Source of the DNA: Chloroflexota bacterium
Lineage (GTDB): Bacteria > Chloroflexota > JAJPGV01
DNA: 64,000 bases
NCBI GenBank assembly: GCA_021325635.1
Contig: JAJPGV010000056.1
Coordinates: 67,037-131,036, forward strand
Direction of reading: 5' to 3'
The notes beneath the pieces were generated by a model. That model saw only the letters and a list, made by a program, of their open reading frames with translations. It was not told where the DNA came from and made no database searches. How positions within the stretch are numbered: position 1 is the stretch's first letter; every line of letters begins with the position of its first letter. Below are positions 47,782 to 56,792 of this stretch, piece by piece. The position numbers and the translations under genes are program-made.

Positions 47782-48783
47782 ATGCGCGTCCGCGGCATTC
47801 ACTACGACGTAGGCATAGATACCGTTGATGGCAAGGTCACCCGACCAGAGCTGCCGGGCGACCAAATGGCGACCGAGCTGGACCTGATCGCCCACCAATT
47901 GCACGCCAATGCCGTGCGCATAAGCGGCAGGGATGCGGGCCGGATGGCCCTGGCAGCAAAGCTAGCCGCAGACTGCGGGCTCGAGGTGTGGCTGTCGCCA
48001 TTCCTGGCCAACGGCACGCGCGAAGATACGCTGGCGCTGCTGCGGGAGTCGGCTGCCTCCGGCGAGCACCTGCGCCGGGAAGGTGTGCCGGTGACGCTCA
48101 TCGTCGGTCTGGAGATGTCCGGCTTCTTGAAAGGCATCATCCCGGGCGAGACGGTGCTTGAGCGACTGAGCCTGTTGTCGGATCCGACGCGGCTCATCTC
48201 CGCCGTCATGGCATTAGGTCAAGACCCCCAGGAGACGATGGCCAACTTCCTGGGGGAGGCTGTGGACACGGCCCGTTCCCAGTTTGGCGGCACGGTGACC
48301 TACGGCGCTGGCCTGTGGGAGCAGATCGACTGGGGACTCTTCGATGTAGTGGGCGTGGATGCTTATCGCGACGCACAGAACCGGGCCGGATTCGATGCGC
48401 ACTTGAAAGCCTATTTGGCGTACGGCAAGCCAGTGGTGGTAACCGAGTTCGGGTGCGCCACATTTCGGGGCGCGGCCGCTCAGGGCAGCATGGCGTGGAC
48501 AGTAGCCGAACGCGGAACAACGCCCACCCGGCTCAAGGCGGGTACCGTGCGCGACGAATCCGAACAGGCGCGCGAACTGATCGACCTGCTGCGGACGTTC
48601 GACGCCGCCGGCGTGGATGGCAGCTTCATCTACACATTAATCGCGCCCAGTTATCCATCCAATGCCGATCCGGACCTCGACCTCGACGTCGCGTCGTACT
48701 CGCTGGTGCGTACCTGGGACAATGGCCGCACGGAGCTAAAGCCGTCCTTCCAGGCGGTTGCCTCCTATTACGGAGTGGCCTAG
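47782..48783 (+). CDS. Glycoside-hydrolase-superfamily TIM-barrel hypothetical protein
   Basis: RGIHYDVG...LHANAVRISG...GLEVWLSP...GVDAYR...KPVVVTEFGC, a clan GH-A-like nucleophile context. Confidence 0.75.
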   Translation: MRVRGIHYDVGIDTVDGKVTRPELPGDQMATELDLIAHQLHANAVRISGRDAGRMALAAKLAADCGLEVWLSPFLANGTREDTLALLRESAASGEHLRREGVPVTLIVGLEMSGFLKGIIPGETVLERLSLLSDPTRLISAVMALGQDPQETMANFLGEAVDTARSQFGGTVTYGAGLWEQIDWGLFDVVGVDAYRDAQNRAGFDAHLKAYLAYGKPVVVTEFGCATFRGAAAQGSMAWTVAERGTTPTRLKAGTVRDESEQARELIDLLRTFDAAGVDGSFIYTLIAPSYPSNADPDLDLDVASYSLVRTWDNGRTELKPSFQAVASYYGVA

Positions 48784-49022
48784 ATTTCCGGTGGCCTCTG
48801 CCGCTGGTCCACGTCCCACAGCGGGGCCGCCGACCCGCGACTACCCGTCCCCGTTGAACGAGGCCCAACTCCGCGGGGACCGGTTTTGGTCCCGGTTATC
48901 CGGATTACTTGACTGCGGGCGCGATCGAAGCGGCCTCAGATGCTCGCTTCATGGCCTCCTGACCCTGGGCGATGGACAAGAGCACGTGGTCGGTGGCCGC
49001 GGTCCGACCTCCTGAACGCCTC

Positions 49023-49736
49023 CTAGGCGGCGGCGTTGCCACGGACCCTGGACAGATATCCAGGGTCGACGAACGATTGGGCGAACCCTTTGATGATGAG
49101 CCATAGGGCCAGAACCATTTCTTGCACGAAGATGGGCAGCATCAGCACCATGTAACTCAACAACGGCTGACGGTTGAACGCGGCCAGTGCACACGTGGCC
49201 ATGGCCAGCGTGACGGCGACCAGGCCCCAGGCAGACAGCCACCTGGGAATTAGCCGCGATTGAAAGAAGACGTAGTAGTACATCAACCCGCCGAAACTAA
49301 AGGCCAGCACTCCTACGACACCGACCTGCTGGCGCAGAGCTCGTAGGACGTCGCCGGCAGCTTGCAGCGAGGCGCGATCGGCCGTGTTTGCCGTGCTGGC
49401 CTGCTGGCTCAAGCTCAACAGGGACAGCAAGCTCCCGACGGCCAGCAGATACATGACGGCCTCGATCGTTCTGAAAACCACCGACCCAAGCGCTAGGCCT
49501 TCGTTCGATTTCCTCAATATCGGATACAGCGAGATGGCGATGCCAACAGAGGCGCTGGCCGCGATGGTCTCAAGGAGTGCGCCAGCCGTTACCTGATTCG
49601 CGTGCGCGAACAACATGCGCAAGTAGTCCGTATCGGCCAACGACGATCTGGACAGCCCGGTCCCGATTACGTTAACGACGGTCGCGATGATGAACAGAAT
49701 GCCGGCAATGATGGCCGTACGTCGTGTTGAGTCCAT
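49023..49736 (-). CDS. DUF4386 family membrane protein
   Basis: TAIIAGILFIIAT...LYPILRK...FRTIEA...SRLIPRWLSAWG...EMVLALWLIIKGF. Confidence 0.82.
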   Translation of the reverse strand: MDSTRRTAIIAGILFIIATVVNVIGTGLSRSSLADTDYLRMLFAHANQVTAGALLETIAASASVGIAISLYPILRKSNEGLALGSVVFRTIEAVMYLLAVGSLLSLLSLSQQASTANTADRASLQAAGDVLRALRQQVGVVGVLAFSFGGLMYYYVFFQSRLIPRWLSAWGLVAVTLAMATCALAAFNRQPLLSYMVLMLPIFVQEMVLALWLIIKGFAQSFVDPGYLSRVRGNAAA

Positions 49737-49900
49737 GATCTGAACTTCGCGGCCAGGTTACTAACAGCGCCCTTACGGATCATGAACAACAACGAAAGCG
49801 TCCGAAGTGGATCCGGAATTCACGGCGGCGCGCCTAAGCGCCTACTCCGCGCCCGACCAACTGAGATTTTTGGCTTACCGGCCTGAAGTCTGATACACGA

Positions 49901-49929
49901 TTGTAATGTACATGCTATGCATGTACAAT
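49901..49929 (+). promoter_or_regulatory. higBA promoter with overlapping palindromic operator
   Basis: -35 TTGTAA, 17-bp spacer, -10 TACAAT; TGTACATGC-TAT-GCATGTACA at 49907-49927. Confidence 0.75.
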
Positions 49930-49935
49930 TCGCCT

Positions 49936-50226
49936 ATGATCGAGTCGTTCGCGGACGACACGACCAGCGATATCTACAACGGACTGGACACCAGGCATGC
50001 AAGGCGAATACCCCTGCAGCTACATCCGGTGGTCAGGCGCAAGCTCGACTACCTGGAGGTGGCGCGAACGCTCGACGATCTACGCGTACCACCAGGCAAC
50101 CGGCTTGAGGCGCTCAAAGGCGACCAGCGCGGTCGTTACAGCATCCGCGTCAACGACCAGTACCGCATCACGTTCAGGTTCGAACGCGACACGGCAACCG
50201 AAGTCCGCTGTGAGGACTATCACTAG
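49936..50226 (+). CDS. higB: HigB (RelE-family) toxin
   Basis: MIESFAD...DDLRVPPGNRLEALKGD..GRYSIRVNDQYRITF...EDYH. Confidence 0.95.
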   Translation: MIESFADDTTSDIYNGLDTRHARRIPLQLHPVVRRKLDYLEVARTLDDLRVPPGNRLEALKGDQRGRYSIRVNDQYRITFRFERDTATEVRCEDYH

Positions 50227-50252
50227 CCGCCTGAGGTCAGGAGAGTAACGCT

Positions 50253-50561
50253 GTGCTGCCAACCAATCGACCGCCCACGCATCCGGGCGAGATGCTGCTC
50301 GAGGAGTTCCTGAAGCCCCTGGGGCTGCCCCAAGCACAGGCTGCTCGCCGGATGGATATCAGCATCAACCGGCTGAACGAGATCGTCCATGGGAAACGCG
50401 GCATCACCGCCGAGACCGCCCTCAAGCTGGCGGCGCTGCTTGGCACCACGCCTGAGATCTGGATGGACCTCCAGACACGCTGGGACCTTTACCAGGCACG
50501 CGAGCGTCTTGGAGAACCCAAGATAGAGCTTGTGCGGGAATCCGCTCCACTGCGCGCCTAG
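50253..50561 (+). CDS. higA: HigA antitoxin
   Basis: PTHPGEMLLEEFLKPLG...NEIVHGKRGITAETALKL...WMDLQ. Confidence 0.95.
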   Translation: MLPTNRPPTHPGEMLLEEFLKPLGLPQAQAARRMDISINRLNEIVHGKRGITAETALKLAALLGTTPEIWMDLQTRWDLYQARERLGEPKIELVRESAPLRA

Positions 50562-50637
50562 CCCGCCGACCCCCCAGAGCGGCAAGGCCTGAACATCAGG
50601 CAGCGGACTGTCAGCGGCTAACTACTCCTTTGGCGAG

Positions 50638-51867
50638 CTAACCGGCTGTGTCGCGTGGTGTGTTGCGTCGGCGGCCAGTGGTCGGTGGAGTGGCCAGCAG
50701 TTGTCCCAGACGATCGGCGGCCGCCTCTGCCAAACCCGGCACAGCATGGCCGTAGGTGTCGAGCGTCATCTTGATCGAGCTATGCCCGAGCATCTCGCTC
50801 ACGACTTTCACGTGAATGCCGGCCGCCATGAGCAGGGTCGCCCCTGTGTGCCGCAGGTCGTGGACGCGCATCCTCGGCACATTCGCCTCCACCAGCATCT
50901 TCTCGAAGTTTCGAGCGAGGGTCGATTGCCGCACCCGCTCACCGAACTCATTGGTGAACACGAATCCCTCTTCATCGACCCATGCTCCGCGGTTCGTATC
51001 CCGCATCTTGGTTTGCCAGCGCTGCTGGATCTTCAGGAAGCGCACGGCCTCATCAGAGAGCGGGATTTGCCGCCGCTTGTGTTTGTTATTGCCAGCCTGA
51101 ACGATCGTTCCGTCCTGAAGGCGTGCCTTGGTCAGGTGGGCGACGCGCTTCTTAAGGTCCACGTCGCGCCAGCGCATGCCGCCCCACTCAGACTCGACGC
51201 GTAAACACGTCAGCAGCGCCAACGCGAGCATCGTTCCGTGAGGGGCACCGTTGCGATCAAATACGACGAGCAGTCGTTTGGCTTCCTCCTGGCTGGCCCA
51301 GTGCGACTCGAACCGCGTGACCGACGGAGCCTTGACATCCTGGGCGACATTTCGTCCAAGCAAGTCGTGCCTGACGCCCCAGTTCAGGGCGACCTTCAAC
51401 GTCCCGAGGCTGTTCTTCACTGACTTGGCCGAGAGGGCCCGCCGTCGTGCTCCCGGGCGCCTGCGGGCTCTGGCGCCCGGTTCCGCAGAAGGGATCGGAG
51501 ACAGCAAGGCATCCCGGGCCTTCTCGACCTCACTGGCCGTTAGATTCTTGAGGCGCAGAGCGCCGATTTCGGCCCGCCAATAGCGGATGTCCACTTTGTA
51601 CGCGGTGATCGTGCTCGGGCTCTTCGCCGTCTTTTCGACGTCGGCCAGCCAACGATCGAGGAAGGCGTTCACCGTTATACCGGAAGGGGTAAGCACGCGC
51701 CGCTGTTCTCCCTGCGTCAGCAGTTCAGCTCGTTTGGCCCTGGCCTGACGCAGCGTCGCACCTTCCGGCAGTGTCTCGGTGTGCTGCGTGCCGCGCACCT
51801 TGACCATGACCACGTAGTGGCCGCTACGGCGAAAGATGCCCGGCTCGACTCGCTCCCGAGGATTCAT
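50638..51867 (-). CDS. Tyrosine recombinase/integrase
   Basis: TCLR, RVHDLRHTGAT, VSEMLGHSS, TLDTYGH catalytic R...H-x-x-R...H...Y residues; N-terminal arm-binding region. Confidence 0.95.
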   Translation of the reverse strand: MNPRERVEPGIFRRSGHYVVMVKVRGTQHTETLPEGATLRQARAKRAELLTQGEQRRVLTPSGITVNAFLDRWLADVEKTAKSPSTITAYKVDIRYWRAEIGALRLKNLTASEVEKARDALLSPIPSAEPGARARRRPGARRRALSAKSVKNSLGTLKVALNWGVRHDLLGRNVAQDVKAPSVTRFESHWASQEEAKRLLVVFDRNGAPHGTMLALALLTCLRVESEWGGMRWRDVDLKKRVAHLTKARLQDGTIVQAGNNKHKRRQIPLSDEAVRFLKIQQRWQTKMRDTNRGAWVDEEGFVFTNEFGERVRQSTLARNFEKMLVEANVPRMRVHDLRHTGATLLMAAGIHVKVVSEMLGHSSIKMTLDTYGHAVPGLAEAAADRLGQLLATPPTTGRRRNTPRDTAG

Positions 51868-52145
51868 GCGGACTCGCGCTCCTGCTGGTCAGCATACTGT
51901 TCTCCCGCGCGAAGAAAAGCCATGAAGTCCGACCATTTGATGCGTATCTCGCCAGCTCCGTCGCACCACCGCGACGCGGCGAGCTTGCCCTTGTGGATCT
52001 GCTGATACACCCACATCGTGCTGCGGCACATGTAGGCGGCCACCTGGTAGACCGAGACATAGGGCAGCGGGTTAGCCAGATCCACCGGCCTTCGCAGCAG
52101 CTCGCGCACCGACGGCGCCTTTGGACCGCTGGTTTGAAGTGTCAT
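51864..52145 (-). CDS. Excisionase-like HTH protein
   Basis: YVSVYQVAAYMCRSTMWVYQQIHKGKLAASR; ATGA overlap with the integrase. Confidence 0.75.
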   Translation of the reverse strand: MTLQTSGPKAPSVRELLRRPVDLANPLPYVSVYQVAAYMCRSTMWVYQQIHKGKLAASRWCDGAGEIRIKWSDFMAFLRAGEQYADQQERESA

Positions 52146-52221
52146 GGCATTGACCAGTCAGGCGCGAGCCAGACCTGCACGCGTTGTATCCGTGCCGCCG
52201 AGCACGTCGGGGAAGACCGGG

Positions 52222-54069
52222 TCATGATGCAATGGCGCTGCGCTGGCGCATGCCTGCGCCCGGTTGGGCGACCCGACTCTTTGCCCTGGGGAGCCAGCAA
52301 CAGCGCTCACCGAAGCCCCCTGTCGGCGTACGCCAAATTTGACCGAGTACGCCATCCGGATCGCGCCTGATCCGCCATTCGGTGGTGAGCAGGATGCGCA
52401 GCGGGCACATCCTGCCGACCGAGGCTGCTCGCGCGGCTCGCGCGATGCGGTCTTCGGCAGCATTACCGACCGTCACGACCAGAATCAATGGGACGCCGGC
52501 GTAGTCGTGTTCCAGCCGACCCGTATCGCGCATGTCGTAATGGGCGCCGAATTTCTTGAGGTACTGGCCGGGCTTTTCCGACCCGCGATCGTATTCGAGA
52601 AAGAAGCCGTGCAGCTTGCCGTCGTGACGGTACAGGCCATAGCCATCGGGGTAGAAACCGCGGCGGCAGACCTCGGCCGGGCTCTGCCATTCCTCCAGTG
52701 CGTCGGCCGTCCCGTTGGCTGCCTCACGGCGCGCGGCGCGGCACAGGTCCACGAACACCCGGTTGGCCCCGATAGTGTGGTCCAGGTGATCGGCCAGATG
52801 CTTGCGCCAGCGGCTGGGGCGGTCCGGTCCGCCGCCGATGATGGTGCTCTGGTTGGACGCGCCCGAGACGCCGGAACGGCGCTGGGCGGCGACCAGCCTC
52901 AGGCCCTGGCGGGTCAATTCGAGACGGCCTGCCGCATCAGGGTGGCCGCGCCGCTCCTGTTCATCGAGACGTCGCAGCAGCCCCTGATGGACCAGCCGCT
53001 GGCAGCGCTCGGATGTCCGCCTGCAGGTCCAGCCGAACAGGACGGCGATCTCCTCTGGCGTCAGGAAAGGGTGGCGGCCAAGCAGCTGCAGGATGGCGCG
53101 ATCCGGACGGGTCAACGCCAGGTCCAGCGCGCCGCGATGCGCGGGCCCGATAGCGGCCTCACCCTCTAGATCGCCGAGGTCGCCTACCAGGCTGGGAACG
53201 TCAGCGCCCGGGCACACGGCCTTCAATGGCGGGAGCGGTTTGCGCTGCGGCGTACGAACGGTCGCGACGTGGCCGCCGCCGATGTGGCGGGTCAGGATTC
53301 CGGGCAGCTCCGCCCAGGTGCCGACACAGGCCGGAATGGGCGCTTCCCGACGGGCTTGCTCGAGGTCGCGCAGCAGCTCCGTCCAGCGAGCCACGCGGGC
53401 TGCGGCGCTGCTGGCGATTATCAGCAGCGGTAGCTCCTGGCGGTCGTAGGCACGCTTGGCCAGCAGCCGGTCCAGCGCCTGGCGGTAGCGGCGAATAGGT
53501 GTCCCGGTGACGTCCGGCAGCAGCAGAAAGCTGGCGCTCCGGCAATTCCAATCGAAGGTGGCCAGCGCCGGAAGCGCCAGGCTGAGTGGCCGCTTGTAGC
53601 CGGGCACCATGGCTCGCCAGCGCCACGGGCAAGCAAACGCGACCAGCTGCGGGTCACCCGGTCCGGCCAGGGCTAGCTGGCCCAGCAGCTCGTAGACCGC
53701 AGCGAGCTGATCCAGCTGCGGGACGAGGGCCAGGAGGTCGTTACGCCGCAGGCCGTTGCGCCGAGCGAGCTCGCGGACGTCCACTTCCTGGTCGACTGCC
53801 AGCGTGGCCAGTCCCAGGTCGGTGAGGTAATGGCGGCGCGGCCCCGGCGTCCCGGCCTGCGGCGGGCGAATGCCGCCCACCAGGCCGGCCTCGCGCAGCC
53901 GCCGCAAGCAGCTGTAAACGCTCGATCCGTAGCTGACGCCCGAGACATGCTCGAGGACGGTCTCGGTGGCCAGCGGCAACGTGCCCAGCAGCAGCATCGT
54001 ACGCCGATCGTTCGATTTCAACTCCCGCGCTCGTCGTCCTGCGTCCTCCCATTTCCCTCGCGGCGTCAT
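52222..54069 (-). CDS. Replication-relaxation (Replic_Relax/MOBC-like) protein with two tandem domains
   Basis: C-terminal half LLGRHPFLT...LELTRQG...HTIGAN...PDGYG...FFLEYDRG; N-terminal half is a similar but degenerate copy. Coupled to virD4. Confidence 0.78.
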   Translation of the reverse strand: MTPRGKWEDAGRRARELKSNDRRTMLLLGTLPLATETVLEHVSGVSYGSSVYSCLRRLREAGLVGGIRPPQAGTPGPRRHYLTDLGLATLAVDQEVDVRELARRNGLRRNDLLALVPQLDQLAAVYELLGQLALAGPGDPQLVAFACPWRWRAMVPGYKRPLSLALPALATFDWNCRSASFLLLPDVTGTPIRRYRQALDRLLAKRAYDRQELPLLIIASSAAARVARWTELLRDLEQARREAPIPACVGTWAELPGILTRHIGGGHVATVRTPQRKPLPPLKAVCPGADVPSLVGDLGDLEGEAAIGPAHRGALDLALTRPDRAILQLLGRHPFLTPEEIAVLFGWTCRRTSERCQRLVHQGLLRRLDEQERRGHPDAAGRLELTRQGLRLVAAQRRSGVSGASNQSTIIGGGPDRPSRWRKHLADHLDHTIGANRVFVDLCRAARREAANGTADALEEWQSPAEVCRRGFYPDGYGLYRHDGKLHGFFLEYDRGSEKPGQYLKKFGAHYDMRDTGRLEHDYAGVPLILVVTVGNAAEDRIARAARAASVGRMCPLRILLTTEWRIRRDPDGVLGQIWRTPTGGFGERCCWLPRAKSRVAQPGAGMRQRSAIAS

Positions 54070-56792
54070 TGTCTAGTCTCCCCGCGCCGAGGTCTGGACG
54101 CGGAGGACCTGGCCTCGCCTGTCGGTTCCGGTTTATGGCCATTGGCTGAGGGTGCATCGTCTGCCGTCTGCCGGTCGGGCACCGTCGCTTGGTGCGGCTC
54201 GGCACGGCGGCGGCCCTTGCGATGCTGGTTCCGCGCACTCGTGCCGTCCGGCGGCGGCGTGTCTGACTGCGCCGGCGAATCTTTGGCCACGCCGCCCTCG
54301 TCCGGCACTTGATGCAGAGCGTCGATGCGTTCGAACGAGGCCAGGTATTCGGCCTCGACGTCGTCGATGTCCCGACCATAGCGCTGCGCGGACGCAGCCG
54401 CCAGCCGCTGTCGTAGTGCCGGATGGCTGGCCGGCGGCGGATCCAGCTGCAGCGAAAACGCGGGCAGGCGGTCGCCATCGACCGAAATACGTACGTAACA
54501 GTGGTGCTCCGGGAGAGACACCAGGTCGTCGATGTCGACCTGTGGCCCCAGCTCTGGCACGAGGTAGGCGGCGTCCTCGGCGCTGACGTTGAACACGAAC
54601 AGGCCGTCGATGTTGCTGAACAGCGTCGCCCGCAAAGCGCGCTCGAGGTCGCGATCGACCACATCGAGACGGGCCAGACTCTGCGTGGCCAGAATGAGAT
54701 TGGCGCCGTACTTGGCCAGCTCCGAGACGATCGACTCGTACGAAATGCCGGGCATGATGTGCATCTCGTCCACCAGCAGGGTCAACCGCCGGCGCTGCTG
54801 TCGATCCAGTCCGGCCTGCTCGGCCAGTGCGATGGACACCAGGTTGACCAACACCGAGCCGAGCAGGCCGGCAGTGTCTTCGCCCAGTGTGCCGGCAGCG
54901 GTGTTGACGATGACCACGGCGCCCGAGGCGACCCAGCTCTTGGGGTCGATCGTCGAGCAGGACTGACCCACGATGCCACGGGCGACCATGCTGCCGGCGA
55001 ACTTGTGGATTTTGGTTTGCACCGGGTTGATCACCTCAGCCTGCAGGTGCCGGTCCATGGTGTCGAAATACTTGGTCCACCAGCGCGGGATGTCGGGATC
55101 GTTGGTCAGCGCGATGACCGATCGCCGAAACGCCGGGTCGACCAGCAGTTCGGGGACATGCAGGATGGTGTATTGGCGCCGCCGGCCGGTCCTGGGATCG
55201 CCGGCGCAGATCGCCTCATTGGCCTGGTACAGGGTGCGCAGCGCGTAGCGAAAGGCGCTCTCCATACGCGGCCCCCAGTTGCCGCTGAACTCGCGGCGGA
55301 AGATGGTCAGTGCGGCGTTGACCGCGCTGTCGATGTTCCAGCCGAGGCCAGCGTCGATGAGGTTCAACCCGAAGGGCCGGGCCTCGTTCGACGCGTCCAG
55401 GTAGACCACGTCGGGCTCCCGCTGCGGGGGAACGAAGCCAACCACGTCGCGCGCCAAGTCCTGGTGGGGGTCGATGACCAGCAGCGCCGGCCGGTTGCCG
55501 GCGGTCGACGGTCCTGCCATCAGGTGGGCAAGGATCAGCTCCATCAACGTGGACTTGCCGCGGCCGGTCTTTGCGACGGCCATCATGTTCCGGCGCAACT
55601 GCTCTTCGGACAGAGCGACCGGCACGTCGTGCCCGTGGTGGCGGGATGCACCGATGCGGCAGCCGCGAGACAGCGCGAACGGCAGCGGCAGGTAGCGCCT
55701 GGCACTCGTCCGCTCCAGGAGGGGAACGTCGGCGTCGCCGTTGGGCAGATGCCACAGGCCGGCCAGCTCGCGCACGTTGAGCACCGGCAGCTTGCTCGGA
55801 CTCAGGAGCGGTGCGGTGGAGCTCAGACAGCGGCCCTCGGTATTGGCCGGGCGCGGCACGAAGCCGTTGCCGCTGGCCAGGCTGAATTGACGATAAGCCG
55901 CGGCCACACGCAGAAGCTGGGCGTCGAGGTCAATCGCTGGCAGGTCCGCCGGGGCGAAGACGGTCAGGCGCAGCTCGGCCAGATAGGCAACGGGCTCGAT
56001 CTTGTCCTGGACCAGGCGCATGTCGTACAGCTGGCGTCGCCCCAGCTTGCCCTTGAGGGCGAGCAGCCCGCCGGCGCCGCCAAAGCCGCCGACGGCCAGC
56101 GCCGCGAGCTTGAGCCACTCGCTGGCCTCGTACCAGGAGTAGCCCTGGAAGCCGGCCAGGCCAACCGCCAGCAGGCCGGCCAGGGCGTAGACACCGGTCA
56201 GCGAGGTGTCGGCATCGGAGAGGCGCTGCTCCGGTGCGAGCGCATGCTCGATGGCCAGCCGCTGGTAGCCACGGCACCAGTCGTCGGGCGCTGGCCGCAG
56301 CACCAGCTGCGACAGCGCGCGCCAGCCCTCCGGTAGATTGCCCAGGGAGGCCAGCAGACCGGCCATGGGGTCTGGTCGGGCCGTGCCGGGCGGCGCATCG
56401 CTGTCGGTAAAAGTTCGCAGCGGCAAGTAGCCCGGCGCCCGCAGCAGCATGACGCACGATCGGGCTTGTTCGTCCGGCCCGGAGTGGGCCGGGTCGAGCC
56501 CGGGGTAGCGCGCGATGTCAAGCGGTCGCAAATCTGATTGTGGGTAGGCCGCGGCCAGCTGGTCCTCGGCGTGCTGCTGCATGGCCGGACTCTCCGACCG
56601 GGCCACAAACCAGCGCGACTCCCGGGTCGCGGCGATCTCCAGCGAGAAGGGTTCGGCCAGGGACAGGGCGGCCAGGAAGTTCTCCGCGGCCGCGATCGAG
56701 GAGATGCTGGTTCTGGGGGTCACGATTTCACAGAGCCGCGGCCGGAAAATGCCCGGTAGGCGGCGCTCAACGGCTAGACGCATGATGTTCAT
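54066..56792 (-). CDS. VirD4-like type IV coupling protein
   Basis: Two TM helices, AKTGRGKST Walker A, VIDPHQDL, LLVDEMH Walker B, ILATQ. Confidence 0.88.
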   Translation of the reverse strand: MNIMRLAVERRLPGIFRPRLCEIVTPRTSISSIAAAENFLAALSLAEPFSLEIAATRESRWFVARSESPAMQQHAEDQLAAAYPQSDLRPLDIARYPGLDPAHSGPDEQARSCVMLLRAPGYLPLRTFTDSDAPPGTARPDPMAGLLASLGNLPEGWRALSQLVLRPAPDDWCRGYQRLAIEHALAPEQRLSDADTSLTGVYALAGLLAVGLAGFQGYSWYEASEWLKLAALAVGGFGGAGGLLALKGKLGRRQLYDMRLVQDKIEPVAYLAELRLTVFAPADLPAIDLDAQLLRVAAAYRQFSLASGNGFVPRPANTEGRCLSSTAPLLSPSKLPVLNVRELAGLWHLPNGDADVPLLERTSARRYLPLPFALSRGCRIGASRHHGHDVPVALSEEQLRRNMMAVAKTGRGKSTLMELILAHLMAGPSTAGNRPALLVIDPHQDLARDVVGFVPPQREPDVVYLDASNEARPFGLNLIDAGLGWNIDSAVNAALTIFRREFSGNWGPRMESAFRYALRTLYQANEAICAGDPRTGRRRQYTILHVPELLVDPAFRRSVIALTNDPDIPRWWTKYFDTMDRHLQAEVINPVQTKIHKFAGSMVARGIVGQSCSTIDPKSWVASGAVVIVNTAAGTLGEDTAGLLGSVLVNLVSIALAEQAGLDRQQRRRLTLLVDEMHIMPGISYESIVSELAKYGANLILATQSLARLDVVDRDLERALRATLFSNIDGLFVFNVSAEDAAYLVPELGPQVDIDDLVSLPEHHCYVRISVDGDRLPAFSLQLDPPPASHPALRQRLAAASAQRYGRDIDDVEAEYLASFERIDALHQVPDEGGVAKDSPAQSDTPPPDGTSARNQHRKGRRRAEPHQATVPDRQTADDAPSANGHKPEPTGEARSSASRPRRGETRQ

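Noticed and set aside
50562-50637. att site next to the integrase
   Set aside because: No tRNA fragment or repeat matching the tRNA-Glu end or its flanking repeats was seen.
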